A stretch of DNA of 64,000 bases from Parcubacteria group bacterium Gr01-1014_38 (GCA_007376145.1 VMFP01000003.1:92741-156740); one strand, 5' to 3'. Positions 17,417 to 27,240 are shown, counted from the first letter of the stretch. The notes: generated by a model from the sequence alone, not told the origin. Translations and numbers: made by a program.

Positions 17417-18532
17417 GTGTGGCCTCGTATGGTGAGCGGGCTTCAGTCTCTGGACTCTTGCCAGCCGCCGGACCTTCGGCACCTCCGGAGGCTCACCGAC
17501 GAGTTCGGCGTTCTTCAGCACACGCGGCGCGAACATCCTCTCCCGGAATTCGGGTATGCCATCGATGACGTCGCCCGCGCCTTGATCGTGGTCGTGGAAA
17601 CCGGGCGCCTGTTCCCCACGCTGGACGAGCGCGAACAGCGATCCGTGAAGCAACTTGCAGATCTCTACCTCCGCTTCATTGCCTACTGTCAACTTCCGGA
17701 CGGGAGATTTCACAACGGCGTGGCCACCGACCGCACGTTTCAGGATGGCGCTGGGTCGCAGGACTCGTACGGGAGGGCCGTGTGGGCGCTCGGCATTACC
17801 TCCGCACGCGGCGGAGACGCGGCAATGCGAGCGGCTGCCAGCACCCTGCTCACGAAGGCGCTCCCGCATGCCGGGGATCTCTCCTATCTGCGCTCACGGG
17901 CATTCGCACTCCTGGGGCTTCTCGCCGTGCTCACGCCCGAGGATCCGCTCTCGGTTCGCGCGGGGGTGGAGCAGCTCCTCTCCCACCTGTTGCACGCCTT
18001 CGACGATACGGCAACCGAGACCTGGGCCTGGTTTGAAGAGACGCTCTGGTACTCGAACGGGGCGATCCCGTACGCGGTGCTCTCCGCGGCCCGTCACGCC
18101 GTCCTAGTGCAGCAACGTTCCTCGCTGGCGGAGCGGGCACGCACGGTGGGGCTGAACAGCCTTCATTTCCTCCTGCGCGCGCTTACGCAGGATGGCGTTC
18201 CCTGTCCCGTTGGGAACCGCGGCTGGTACACGCGCGGCGGAGAGCGACCTCTCTATGATCAGCAGGGCGTGGACGCTGCGGCCATGGTCGTCGCGTGCGC
18301 CGAAGCCTTCCGACTGACGGCCGAGGTTCGCTATCGGGAAGCTGCAGAAACCTGGTGGGGATGGTTCTTCGGTCAGAATATTCAACGCGGCGCGCTCTAC
18401 CGCCCGGAAGACGGTGCCGTGTACGACGGGATCAACCCCGAAGGTCTCAACGAAAACCGCGGCGCCGAGAGCATCGTCGCATTCCTCATTGCGCACCTGG
18501 CACTCGCGGACGCGTTCTGTCCGCACGCGTGA
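17417..18532 (+). CDS. Hypothetical protein, (alpha/alpha)6-barrel glycosidase-like
   Basis: Trp/Gly-rich helical repeats (WWGWFFGQN, GAIPYAVLSAA), gene follows the GT4 gene by 18 nt; function inferred only weakly. Confidence 0.55.
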   Translation: MWPRMVSGLQSLDSCQPPDLRHLRRLTDEFGVLQHTRREHPLPEFGYAIDDVARALIVVVETGRLFPTLDEREQRSVKQLADLYLRFIAYCQLPDGRFHNGVATDRTFQDGAGSQDSYGRAVWALGITSARGGDAAMRAAASTLLTKALPHAGDLSYLRSRAFALLGLLAVLTPEDPLSVRAGVEQLLSHLLHAFDDTATETWAWFEETLWYSNGAIPYAVLSAARHAVLVQQRSSLAERARTVGLNSLHFLLRALTQDGVPCPVGNRGWYTRGGERPLYDQQGVDAAAMVVACAEAFRLTAEVRYREAAETWWGWFFGQNIQRGALYRPEDGAVYDGINPEGLNENRGAESIVAFLIAHLALADAFCPHA

Positions 18533-18606
18533 GCGCATCCCAAGGACATCGGTGATCGTGGTCTTGAACGCTTCCGCACTCCGCGCTCTACTCTTTGAGG
18601 ATCGGT

Positions 18607-19170
18607 ATGCTCACCATGAACGACCTTCGTTCCGGCGTGACCATCATTGAGGATGGTGACCCCTGGATCATCCTGGAGACCGATTTCATGAGGAAGGCAC
18701 AGCGGCGGCCGGTCATGCGCACCAAGATTCGCAATCTCCGGAGCGGTCAAGTGCGGGAGCGAACCTTCAAGCAAGGGGACAGTATCCCCGAGGCCGACGT
18801 GGGGAAGGCGAAGGCCCGGTTCCTCTACGCGGCCGATCGTCGCTACACCTTTATGGATGAGACCACCTACGAGCAGTACACTCTCTCAGAAGATGCACTC
18901 GGCACCGCGGCGGCGTTTCTCCGGGAAGGAATGCTGGTTGACCTCCTCACCTTTGAAGGGAATCCGGTCGTGGTGCAGCTCCCGATCAAGGTCGGGGCGA
19001 AGGTCATCTCCGCTCCCCCCGGCCTCCGCGGAGACTCGGCGACGAACATCATGAAAGAGGTCGTGGTCGAGGGAAATGTAAAGGTGAAGGTCCCGCTCTT
19101 CGTTAAAGAAGGGGACACGATCATTGTTGATACGCGGACAGGGGAATACGTGAGCAGAGCGGGGGAGTAA
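18607..19170 (+). CDS. efp: Elongation factor P
   Basis: Full-length EF-P (MLTMNDLRSGVTIIEDGDPW..., KAQRRPVMRTKIRNLRSGQVRERTFK, C-terminal OB domains); GAGGA SD 5 nt before ATG 18607. Confidence 0.9.
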   Translation: MLTMNDLRSGVTIIEDGDPWIILETDFMRKAQRRPVMRTKIRNLRSGQVRERTFKQGDSIPEADVGKAKARFLYAADRRYTFMDETTYEQYTLSEDALGTAAAFLREGMLVDLLTFEGNPVVVQLPIKVGAKVISAPPGLRGDSATNIMKEVVVEGNVKVKVPLFVKEGDTIIVDTRTGEYVSRAGE

Positions 19171-19312
19171 AGGGGGCATCCCTCGCGCTGCCCTATGAGG
19201 AGGAAGGAATACGCATGGCATTGCTTGTGGACAACCACGCGTTGCTCTTGCTCTTCGACCTGGTGTACTCTGGAGTGCAGCATATGGCCATGAAAGGAGG
19301 CGAGGTGAAGGC

Positions 19313-19501
19313 GTGAAGGGACTCCAGTTGTCAGGAGCTGTACTCCTCCTGGTGAGCGGTGTCATTCTTCTCATTCCCGCGCTCTACCAGGGCTTAAGTG
19401 CCGTGACCGCGGGGAGGCCGTGGATTCAGATCATCGTGGGGATTGTGGGGATCATCGTGTCGCTGGCGTTGTTTGCCGGCAAACCGGAGAGCGCATCATA
19501 A
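19313..19501 (+). CDS. Small two-helix membrane protein
   Basis: 62-aa ORF with two hydrophobic helices, purine-rich SD upstream; GTG start; low confidence. Confidence 0.35.
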   Translation: MKGLQLSGAVLLLVSGVILLIPALYQGLSAVTAGRPWIQIIVGIVGIIVSLALFAGKPESAS

Positions 19502-19689
19502 CGGCGCAGAGGAGAGAGTGGTCCTTGAGCACATCATTTCCCTTCCGACTTTTCCGTTTTTCCCATGATCGACGCCCGCCTTCGCTCTTCGTTCATGCCG
19601 AGAACTGGCTCGTGCGTCGCACATTCTGCCCCGCTTCCTCGGCGGCGCTGTCGGGGACCGGGTACGAAGCAGGAGAGGAGGTGACGCAC

Positions 19690-20079
19690 ATGGCCAAGAC
19701 ACTGACCTGGGTGCTCGGCGTGGTGCTGACGATCCTTGGTATCTGGGGCTATCTCACCGGTGGCGCACCGGTCCTGGGAATCTTCGCCGTTGATGGAACC
19801 CATAACTTCGTCCATCTCGTGTCCGGCATTGTGGGGATCCTCGCCGCTCTCGGTGGTGAGAAGTACTCGAAGACGTATCTTCAGGTCTTCGGGGTAATTT
19901 ACGCCATTGTCTTTCTTCTCGGCATCTTCACTCCAGGCGAGGGCCTGATTCTCGGTTTGTTCACCTCGAACCTCGCGGATGACATTCTCCACCTCGTGAT
20001 TGCCGCAGTCGCCCTGTACGGTGGGTTTGGGAAAGGCAAAGGTATGAGCATGCCCGCGATGTCTTCCCCCACGACCTGA
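19690..20079 (+). CDS. Small membrane protein (DUF4383-like)
   Basis: GGAGAGGAGG SD before ATG 19690 (MAKTLTWVLGVVLTILGIWGYLTGG...); 4 TM helices; track ORF 19420 is a 5' over-extension. Confidence 0.55.
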   Translation: MAKTLTWVLGVVLTILGIWGYLTGGAPVLGIFAVDGTHNFVHLVSGIVGILAALGGEKYSKTYLQVFGVIYAIVFLLGIFTPGEGLILGLFTSNLADDILHLVIAAVALYGGFGKGKGMSMPAMSSPTT

Positions 20080-20207
20080 CAAGCGTCGCCCATAGAACAC
20101 GTGTGAGTAGCGGCACGGACCGCGGTGCAGCGTCCGTGCCGCTACCGGTGGGGCTTGACGACGAGAGACGCGCGAGGTAAAACTCCTTGTACCTTACTAG
20201 GAGTTTT

Positions 20208-20663
20208 GTGTTTGGATTCTCGCGGAAAACGGATTACGCTCTGCTGCTCGTCACGGCGCTCGCCCGGCGTCCGCAGGAATTCGTGTCTGTGCGCGCGCTC
20301 GCTCGTACCTACCACCTCCCGTACCGATTCTCCTCCCAGATCGTGAGCGACTTAGCTCGCGCCAACGTCCTCGAAGCGCGTGAGGGTGTGAAGGGTGGCT
20401 ACCGGTTAGCGCGGGAGCCCAAAGCGGTGACCGTCGCAGACATTCTCCACGCCACAGAGAGGGGGACAGCGCTCGTTTCCTGTGTGGACCAAAGCAAGCA
20501 CTACGCCTGTCCGCAGAAGGCGTGGTGTGGGGCGAAGGCTGGCGTCCGCCTCCTCCAGCGCGATCTCCTCAGCGTTCTTGGACGGACGACCATCGCGGAC
20601 TTTCTCCGCGCGCAGTCTGGGACGTCTTTGTCTCTCTCGCCTTGGTATGCCGCGCGTCCCTAG
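20208..20663 (+). CDS. Rrf2 family transcriptional regulator (IscR/NsrR-like) preceding the suf operon
   Basis: N-terminal Rrf2 HTH (MFGFSRKTDYALLLVTALAR...VSVRALARTYHLPYRFSSQIVSDLARANVLEAREGVKGGYRLAR) and three-Cys cluster CVDQSKHYACPQKAWC; AGGAG SD 4 nt before GTG 20208. Confidence 0.8.
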   Translation: MFGFSRKTDYALLLVTALARRPQEFVSVRALARTYHLPYRFSSQIVSDLARANVLEAREGVKGGYRLAREPKAVTVADILHATERGTALVSCVDQSKHYACPQKAWCGAKAGVRLLQRDLLSVLGRTTIADFLRAQSGTSLSLSPWYAARP

Positions 20664-22059
20664 TGCGACCGTCGCCGAGGTTGACCGCACCCGCTACGAT
20701 CAGCGAGACGCAGTTCCTCTGCGGTATACCACTCCCCCAGGCATCAGCCGGCGGGTCGTCGAGGAGATTTCGCACCGGAAGAATGAACCCCCGTGGGTTC
20801 TGGAGAAGCGCCTGCAGGCACTCACGTATTTCGAGGCGCGTCCCGTGCCTACCTGGGGGCCAGACCTCTCCGGCCTGCGCTTGGAAGAGATTCGGTACTA
20901 TGCGGAACCCGATATGGAGGAGCAGCGATCGTGGGATGCGGTGCCTCAGGAAATTCGCAATGCCTTCGACCGCCTGGGCATCCCGGAGGCCGAGCGGAAG
21001 TATCTCGCCGGTTCCGGAGCGCAGATGGAATCGGCGATGGCGTACCACCATCTCAAGGAGGAGTGGGAGAAGAAAGGTGTCATCTTTGAGAACTTCGACG
21101 TGGCCATTCAGAAGTACCCGGATCTCGTCCGCGAGTACTTTATGACCCGCTGTGTGCCGTTGAACGACCATAAGTTCGCTGCGCTCCACGGCGCCGTCTT
21201 TTCGGGCGGCACGTTCATCTACGTCCCGCCCGGCGTGCACGTCACGATGCCACTGCAGGCGTACTTTCGCATGAACGAAGCGGGCATGGGGCAATTCGAA
21301 CACACTCTCATCGTCGTCGATGAAGGTGCCCAGGTGCACTATCTCGAAGCGTGCTCTGCTCCGCGGTATAACCGTGCCAACCTGCACGCGGGGTGCGTTG
21401 AGGTGTACGTGAAGAAAGGCGCCCGGGCGCGGTACACAAGCATCGAGAACTGGTCGAAAAACACGTACAATCTCAACACGAAGCGCGCCATCGTGGAGCA
21501 GGATGGCGTGATGGAGTGGATCAATGGAAACCTCGGCAGCGGCGTCACCATGCTGTACCCCTCGAGCATGTTGAAAGGGAAGGGAGCCAAGACCGATTTT
21601 ATCGGTATCGCGGTGGCCGCCGAAGGTCAGAACCAGGACACCGGCAGCAAAGCCTACCACCTCGCGCCGTACACGAAGTCCACAATCACGGCGAAGAGCA
21701 TCTCGAAGGACGGGGGAATCACGACGTACCGTGGATTGCTGAAAGTGAATCCCGGCGCAAATGGGTGTTCCTCAAAGGTGCAATGCGACGCGCTCCTCCT
21801 TGATGAACAGTCGGTCTCCAATACGATCCCATGTATGGAAATCAAGGGGAACGACGTCGAGGTGGCGCATGAAGCAACCGTCGGCCGCATCGGGGAAGAA
21901 CAGCTCTTCTACCTCCAGTCCCGCGGGCTTTCTGCCGCGCAGGCCACCCAAATGATTGTGGCGGGGTTCATCGAACCAGTGACGAAGCAGCTCCCGCTCG
22001 AGTACGCGGTCGAGCTCAACCGGTTGGTCGAACTAGAAATGGAGGGATCTGTGGGATGA
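20647..22059 (+). CDS. sufB: Fe-S cluster assembly protein SufB
   Basis: SufB conserved blocks (FENFDVAIQKYPDLVREYF, HTLIVVDEGAQVHYLEACSAP, GCVEVYVKKGARARYTSIENW, EQLFYLQSRGL); ATG 20647 overlaps the Rrf2 stop by 17 nt. Confidence 0.9.
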   Translation: MPRVPSATVAEVDRTRYDQRDAVPLRYTTPPGISRRVVEEISHRKNEPPWVLEKRLQALTYFEARPVPTWGPDLSGLRLEEIRYYAEPDMEEQRSWDAVPQEIRNAFDRLGIPEAERKYLAGSGAQMESAMAYHHLKEEWEKKGVIFENFDVAIQKYPDLVREYFMTRCVPLNDHKFAALHGAVFSGGTFIYVPPGVHVTMPLQAYFRMNEAGMGQFEHTLIVVDEGAQVHYLEACSAPRYNRANLHAGCVEVYVKKGARARYTSIENWSKNTYNLNTKRAIVEQDGVMEWINGNLGSGVTMLYPSSMLKGKGAKTDFIGIAVAAEGQNQDTGSKAYHLAPYTKSTITAKSISKDGGITTYRGLLKVNPGANGCSSKVQCDALLLDEQSVSNTIPCMEIKGNDVEVAHEATVGRIGEEQLFYLQSRGLSAAQATQMIVAGFIEPVTKQLPLEYAVELNRLVELEMEGSVG

Positions 22060-22198
22060 GAAAAGCCCTGCATGTCATTGCGAGGAACGAAGTGACGAAG
22101 CAATCTCGGGTATTGCTTCGCTTCGCCTGCCTGCCGGCAGGCAGGGCTCGCAATGACAATAAGAAACGCCCCGCACCGGAATGGTGGGGGCGAGAGTG

Positions 22199-22510
22199 CT
22201 ACGGTGGGGAAGAGTCGGGGGGAAGTATTTTTCTCACGACGCGCTCGGCGGCACGTTCCATCGCTCTGTTGAGCCCAATGATAAAACTACCAAACATCAC
22301 GACGGCGAATACGGAAACCCCAAGTGCCACCAAGAACCACCATCCCCATGGGTGGAACATGTCCAGGATGGTTATCACAACCATTCCAAGCGCGCTGAAA
22401 ACAGCGAGCACCGCAAAGGAAAGGAGGCAATGGGCGAAGATGTTCGTAACCTTTGGGTGCCGAGCCCAGGTTATCTTCTTAAACCATCGGTCGAAAAGGT
22501 TCTCAAGCAT
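22199..22510 (-). CDS. Small membrane protein, antisense-oriented within the suf cluster
   Basis: AAGGGAG SD before ATG (MLENLFDRWFKK...); two TM helices; flanked by palindromic hairpins at 22126-22150. Confidence 0.45.
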   Translation of the reverse strand: MLENLFDRWFKKITWARHPKVTNIFAHCLLSFAVLAVFSALGMVVITILDMFHPWGWWFLVALGVSVFAVVMFGSFIIGLNRAMERAAERVVRKILPPDSSPP

Positions 22511-22564
22511 GAGATTCTCCCTTCGTGAGCCCCTTTTTTGAAAGACCAAACCAGGAAGTAACTC

Positions 22565-23656
22565 TTGTGTATGAACCCCGATTTGTCAACTACTGCCCGG
22601 GCCCGTCTCGCCGCCGCATCTATTCCCCCGCAGCGCTACGGGTTGAGTGTGTTTTTGCGGAAGGCGTATCCTGCCGTGGGCAATGGACAACAAAGCACAG
22701 GCGACAGGGAGCCCGAACTCCGCCTGCGAGGCGCGCCGGTTGAGCTGGTGACGTGGGATGACATCCCTGCCGACGTTGGGGAGCTCGTGCGGCGGAAGGT
22801 GTCGGATGATACCTTCGCTGCGTTCCACGTGCTGCAGTCGGCGGCGGTGCACCGAGTAAATGTCGAGGGCGCTCGCACGCTTGGTCTGTCTGTGGTTCCC
22901 GACGCGACCATTCTGGTAGATGTGTCTCCAGGCTCGCAGCTCGTCGTCACCGAGCGCGAGGGCGCGGCGGAGCGCGATCGGGACCTTCGCTCTTCTCTCG
23001 TTGCGCTTCGCGTTGGCGAGGGTGCGCGCGTCCAATGGTTCGGGCACTCCGTGCGCGCGCCGGGATTCGCTGTGGTTGAACGGCTCGCAATCCTCGCGCG
23101 GGACGCCGTGCTCGAACACCATTCCGTTCTCCTTGCAGCGAATGCGATGCGGGAAAACGTCCATGTGGTCCTCGGCGCTCCCGGCGCGACGGCGCGGGTC
23201 AACACGCTCTTTGTCGGTAACCACGAGCACCAGTTCGATCTCGGTATCACCGCAGAGCACCAAGCGCCACACACTGTCTCAAACCTCGCGGCGAAAGGCG
23301 TGCTTTCCGGAAAGGCGCAGGCAGTGGTTCGGGGTCTCGTTCGCGTCGAGCGCGAGGCGCCGGGCTCGGACGGCTACCAGCGTTGCGACACCTTGCTGCT
23401 TTCGCCGACGGCTGAGGTAGACCCCGTGCCGAACCTTGAGATTCGCACCAATGACGTTCGGTGTACGCACGGCGTCGCTACCGGCCATCTGAACCCCGAG
23501 CAGCTTTTCTACCTTCAGTCTCGGGGATTCTCGGATGCGGCTGCCTGCGATCTCTTGGTTACGGGGTTTGTCGGCGGAATGCTGCGCGCGTGGCCTGAAG
23601 TACAGCGCGAGGACTTGGGCGCCGCTGTCAGCGAGATCCTGCGGGGATCACCATGA
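22565..23656 (+). CDS. sufD: Fe-S cluster assembly protein SufD
   Basis: SufD C-terminal signature (CTHGVATGHLNPEQLFYLQSRGFSDAAACDLLVTGF); stop overlaps sufS start (ATGA). Confidence 0.85.
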   Translation: MCMNPDLSTTARARLAAASIPPQRYGLSVFLRKAYPAVGNGQQSTGDREPELRLRGAPVELVTWDDIPADVGELVRRKVSDDTFAAFHVLQSAAVHRVNVEGARTLGLSVVPDATILVDVSPGSQLVVTEREGAAERDRDLRSSLVALRVGEGARVQWFGHSVRAPGFAVVERLAILARDAVLEHHSVLLAANAMRENVHVVLGAPGATARVNTLFVGNHEHQFDLGITAEHQAPHTVSNLAAKGVLSGKAQAVVRGLVRVEREAPGSDGYQRCDTLLLSPTAEVDPVPNLEIRTNDVRCTHGVATGHLNPEQLFYLQSRGFSDAAACDLLVTGFVGGMLRAWPEVQREDLGAAVSEILRGSP

Positions 23657-24957
23657 ATCGCGACGCCCTATCGAGCAGCGCAAAGGGACTCGCGCGGGTC
23701 GCGGCGAGAGACACTTCGGCTTCGCCTCCGCATGACAAACGGGCAGCGGATGTCGCAGGACTGCGTGCGCAGTTCCCCATCCTGTCCCGGAACATGCGCG
23801 GGCAGCCGCTCGTGTATCTTGACAATGCATCCACGACGCAGAAGCCCCAGCGCGTCATTGACGCCGAGGCGCAGCTCTACGAAACGCTGAACGCGAACGT
23901 CCACCGCGGCGTCTATGAGCTCTCCGAACAGGCGACGGAAGCATATGTGGCCGCACACGAGGCCGTCGCGCGGTTCATCAATGCGCGGAGTGCCGAGGAA
24001 ATCGTCTTTGTCAGGAACGCGACCGAGGCCATCAACCTCGTTGCCTCGTCCTGGGGAGTGGAGCACCTCAAACGCGGCGATCAGATTCTTCTCACGGCCA
24101 TGGAACACCACAGCAACATCGTGCCGTGGCAAGAAGTTGCGCGGCGGACAGGCGCGGAACTTCGGTGGGTGGAGTGCACCGCGGACGGCCGTCTCGACCT
24201 CGACGATCTTCATTCGAAGCTCACTGACCGTGTGCGGCTCGTCGCCGTCACGCACGTCTCGAACGTCCTGGGCACAGTGAATCCGATTGCGGAGATCATC
24301 CGAGAGGCTCATCAGGTCGGCGCGCGTGTCCTTGTGGACGCCGCACAAAGTATCTCGAGACTGCCGATTGACGTGCAGGCCTTCGACGCCGACTTTCTGG
24401 TGTTCTCCGGGCACAAGATGTACGGGCCCACCGGTATCGGCGTGCTCTTTGGGAGGCGGGAGCTTCTCGAGGCAATGCCGCCGTACATCCGGGGCGGTGA
24501 TATGGTGAAAACTGTCACGCGCGAGCAGGCGACGTGGAACGACCTCCCGTGGAAGTTTGAAGCGGGCACGCCGAACATCGCGGGTGGCGTGGCGCTCGAG
24601 GAAACCATCCGGTTTCTTTCCGAGATCGGGATGGAGCGCCTCTGGGCACACGAGCAGGCGCTGGTTGCACACGCTCTCCCCCGGCTGCGGAACGTTCCCG
24701 GGCTTACGGTGCTTGGTCCGCAAGCGCGCGTGGGGATTTTCTCCTTCACCATGAACAGCATTCACTCCCACGATCTCGCCTCTTTCCTCGATGAGCGTGG
24801 AATCGCAGTTCGCGGGGGACACCACTGTGCCCAGCCGCTCCTTACGAGCCTTGGTCTTACCGAGTGTGCCCGCGCAAGTGTGGGGCTCTACAACACGGCG
24901 GAAGATCTCAACCGACTCGTCAGCGCTCTGGAGGAGGCGCATCGTCTCCTCCGATGA
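23653..24957 (+). CDS. sufS: Cysteine desulfurase SufS (class V aminotransferase)
   Basis: PLP-lysine motif FLVFSGHKMYGPTGIGVLFG, active-site loop RGGHHCAQP, HSNIVPWQ. Confidence 0.9.
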   Translation: MNRDALSSSAKGLARVAARDTSASPPHDKRAADVAGLRAQFPILSRNMRGQPLVYLDNASTTQKPQRVIDAEAQLYETLNANVHRGVYELSEQATEAYVAAHEAVARFINARSAEEIVFVRNATEAINLVASSWGVEHLKRGDQILLTAMEHHSNIVPWQEVARRTGAELRWVECTADGRLDLDDLHSKLTDRVRLVAVTHVSNVLGTVNPIAEIIREAHQVGARVLVDAAQSISRLPIDVQAFDADFLVFSGHKMYGPTGIGVLFGRRELLEAMPPYIRGGDMVKTVTREQATWNDLPWKFEAGTPNIAGGVALEETIRFLSEIGMERLWAHEQALVAHALPRLRNVPGLTVLGPQARVGIFSFTMNSIHSHDLASFLDERGIAVRGGHHCAQPLLTSLGLTECARASVGLYNTAEDLNRLVSALEEAHRLLR

Positions 24958-25394
24958 TGAACGAGAAACCATCATCCACTGCCGGATTTCAGCCGGTAGG
25001 TCTGTTGGCGCGGGCAGAGCTCCTCGAGCACGCGAAGCACCCGCGGAATCGGGGCGCGCTTGAAACAGCGGATATGGTGTCGGAGGAAGCCAACCCGCTG
25101 TGCGGGGATGTGGTGACCGTGTACGCCGCGCTTGATTCTGGCGCGGATCACCGATCGCGGATTACGCGTCTATCGTTCACCGGACACGGGTGCCTCATTT
25201 CTCAGGCGGCTGCCTCGATGCTCACCGAATATGTGGTCGGTAAATCCGTGGAGGAGTTCCTCCGGATGGGACGCGGCGACATGGAGCGACTCCTCGGTGG
25301 TGTCCTCTCGCCATCGCGGGTGAAGTGCGCGATGCTGCCGCTCCTTGCGGTGCGCAATGGTCTTGCACGGTTCTCGCATGCTGTCCATCCGTAA
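24954..25394 (+). CDS. sufU: SufU/IscU-family sulfur-transfer scaffold
   Basis: Three conserved Cys (NPLCGD, GHGCLIS, VKCAML) in SufU spacing; ATGATGA overlap with sufS. Confidence 0.8.
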   Translation: MMNEKPSSTAGFQPVGLLARAELLEHAKHPRNRGALETADMVSEEANPLCGDVVTVYAALDSGADHRSRITRLSFTGHGCLISQAAASMLTEYVVGKSVEEFLRMGRGDMERLLGGVLSPSRVKCAMLPLLAVRNGLARFSHAVHP

Positions 25395-26106
25395 CCTTCA
25401 CGCCTCTGTTGAGGGGAAGGAAATCCTCCGCGGCGTCTCGCTCGACGTTCGCCCAGGCGAAGTGGTTGCCCTGATGGGCCCGAACGGCTCTGGGAAGAGC
25501 ACGCTCGCCTTCGCCCTCATGGGGCACCCAAACGTTCACGTCACCGGCGGAACCGCGACGTACCAAGGCCGAGATCTCCTTGCGCTCAAACCCGAGGAAC
25601 GAGCAAAACTTGGCCTGTTTCTCTCCTTTCAGTATCCCCACGAGATTCCGGGGGTGCCGTTGAGCCAGATGCTCCGGACGGCTGTTGGACAGCGGAGCGG
25701 CACGCTCCCGCCGGTGCGCGAATTCCTCCAGACGCTCGACGGAAAACTTGCCCTCCTGAAGATGGATCCGTCCTTCGCGGAGCGGAATGTGAACGAAGGG
25801 TTCTCCGGCGGAGAGAAAAAGCGGGCGGAAATTCTCCAGCTTGCGGTGCTCGAACCAACCTTGGCCATGCTCGATGAGACCGACTCCGGGCTGGACGTGG
25901 ACGCCCTCCGGACGGTCGCAGAAGGCATCCAGACCATCAAGCGGGAGCGCCCGGAGATGGCCGTTCTGCTCATCACTCACTACGAGCGATTCCTCGACTT
26001 CCTCACGCCGAACCGCGTACTCGTCATGAAGGAGGGGAAGATCGTGGCGGAAGGTGGGAAAGATCTTGCGGATCGCATCCAGCAGGAGGGGTACGAACCA
26101 CTCTAA
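25378..26106 (+). CDS. sufC: Fe-S cluster assembly ATPase SufC
   Basis: Walker A GPNGSGKST, ABC signature FSGGEKKRAEILQ, Walker B LAMLDETDSGLD; typical SufC start MLSIRNLHASV. Confidence 0.9.
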   Translation: MLSIRNLHASVEGKEILRGVSLDVRPGEVVALMGPNGSGKSTLAFALMGHPNVHVTGGTATYQGRDLLALKPEERAKLGLFLSFQYPHEIPGVPLSQMLRTAVGQRSGTLPPVREFLQTLDGKLALLKMDPSFAERNVNEGFSGGEKKRAEILQLAVLEPTLAMLDETDSGLDVDALRTVAEGIQTIKRERPEMAVLLITHYERFLDFLTPNRVLVMKEGKIVAEGGKDLADRIQQEGYEPL

Positions 26107-26179
26107 AGCGCATCGTTTCTTCCTTCCGAAAACCAAGTACAATAGTCTTGCTTCGAACCTAAAGTCTCAAACACACACC

Positions 26180-27196
26180 GTGACCCTGGCCTTTTTTGAG
26201 GAGGAAGCTGTTGATCGCGAGAAGCTCCGCACGCTCTTTCCCCGTGAAGAACTTCTCTTCATTCCCGAGCTGCTGGGAGTGGAAACGGCTCCCGCGGCGC
26301 AGAGTGCCGAGGTGGTCTCGACGTTTGTCCGCTCGGCGGTGAACACCGAGGTCTTGCGCGAGCTTCCGAAACTGAAATTTCTCACCTCGCGTTCCATGGG
26401 GACCGACCATATTGACCTGAAGACCTGTGCCGAGCGCGGGATTATCGTCTCGCGCGTGCCAGCCTACGGCGAGAACACCGTGGCCGAGCACACCTTCGCG
26501 CTCATCCTGGCCCTCTCCCGCAAGATCTTCCAGTCGTACGAGCGGACGGAGCGCATGAAGTTCAATCGTGAGGGCTTGCGCGGCTTTGATCTGGCAGGGA
26601 AGACTCTCGGGGTCATCGGGGTGGGGAAGATCGGGCGGAACGTCTGCCGGATTGCACGGCAGGGATTTCAGATGCAGATCCTGGCGTACGACGTGCAGCA
26701 AGATCCGGCCCTCGCAGCCGAGCTCGGCTTTACGTACGTCGCGAATCTCGATGAGCTGCTGTCCCAGAGCGATGTCATCACACTCCACGCGCCGTACCTC
26801 CCCTCCACGCATCACCTTATCTCCTTGGAGAACATCGCAAAGGTGAAAAAGGGCGCGGTCCTCGTAAACACGGCGCGGGGCGCGCTCGTGGATACGCAGG
26901 CGCTCCTCTGGGCACTCAACGAGGGCATCCTCCAGGGGGCTGGCCTCGATGTCCTGGAGGAGGAGAACTTCGTCTACGAGGAGGCTGAACTTCTTATCAA
27001 TGACGTTCCGGCGGGGGAGGATCTTGCCACTGTCTTGCGGAATCACATCCTCGTCGAGCGGGACGACGTGATCGTCACTCCCCATAACGCGTTCAACAGC
27101 CACGAAGCGGTCGCGCGCATTTTCGACACTACCGTGGAGAACATCCAAGCGTTCCTCGCGGGGAAACCGGTGAATGTGGTGAAGGCGAAGGACTAG
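26180..27196 (+). CDS. D-isomer-specific 2-hydroxyacid dehydrogenase (PGDH/LdhA-like), NAD-binding
   Basis: GKTLGVIGVGKIGRNV Rossmann motif, catalytic VLVNTARGALVD ... HxAF region; GTG start chosen after sufC stop, start uncertain. Confidence 0.75.
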   Translation: MTLAFFEEEAVDREKLRTLFPREELLFIPELLGVETAPAAQSAEVVSTFVRSAVNTEVLRELPKLKFLTSRSMGTDHIDLKTCAERGIIVSRVPAYGENTVAEHTFALILALSRKIFQSYERTERMKFNREGLRGFDLAGKTLGVIGVGKIGRNVCRIARQGFQMQILAYDVQQDPALAAELGFTYVANLDELLSQSDVITLHAPYLPSTHHLISLENIAKVKKGAVLVNTARGALVDTQALLWALNEGILQGAGLDVLEEENFVYEEAELLINDVPAGEDLATVLRNHILVERDDVIVTPHNAFNSHEAVARIFDTTVENIQAFLAGKPVNVVKAKD

Positions 27197-27240
27197 CGGA
27201 AGGGTCGCTTGGATATTCCAAGCAGGGTAGGCTCACGTGT

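Noticed and set aside
16769-17869. 366-aa antisense ORF spanning the GT4 gene end and next gene
   Set aside because: Crosses two well-supported plus-strand genes; no domain features.
20569-21660. 363-aa antisense ORF within sufB
   Set aside because: SufB is unambiguous on the plus strand.
23668-24975. 435-aa antisense ORF within sufS
   Set aside because: SufS (PLP-lysine, catalytic Cys loop) is on the plus strand.
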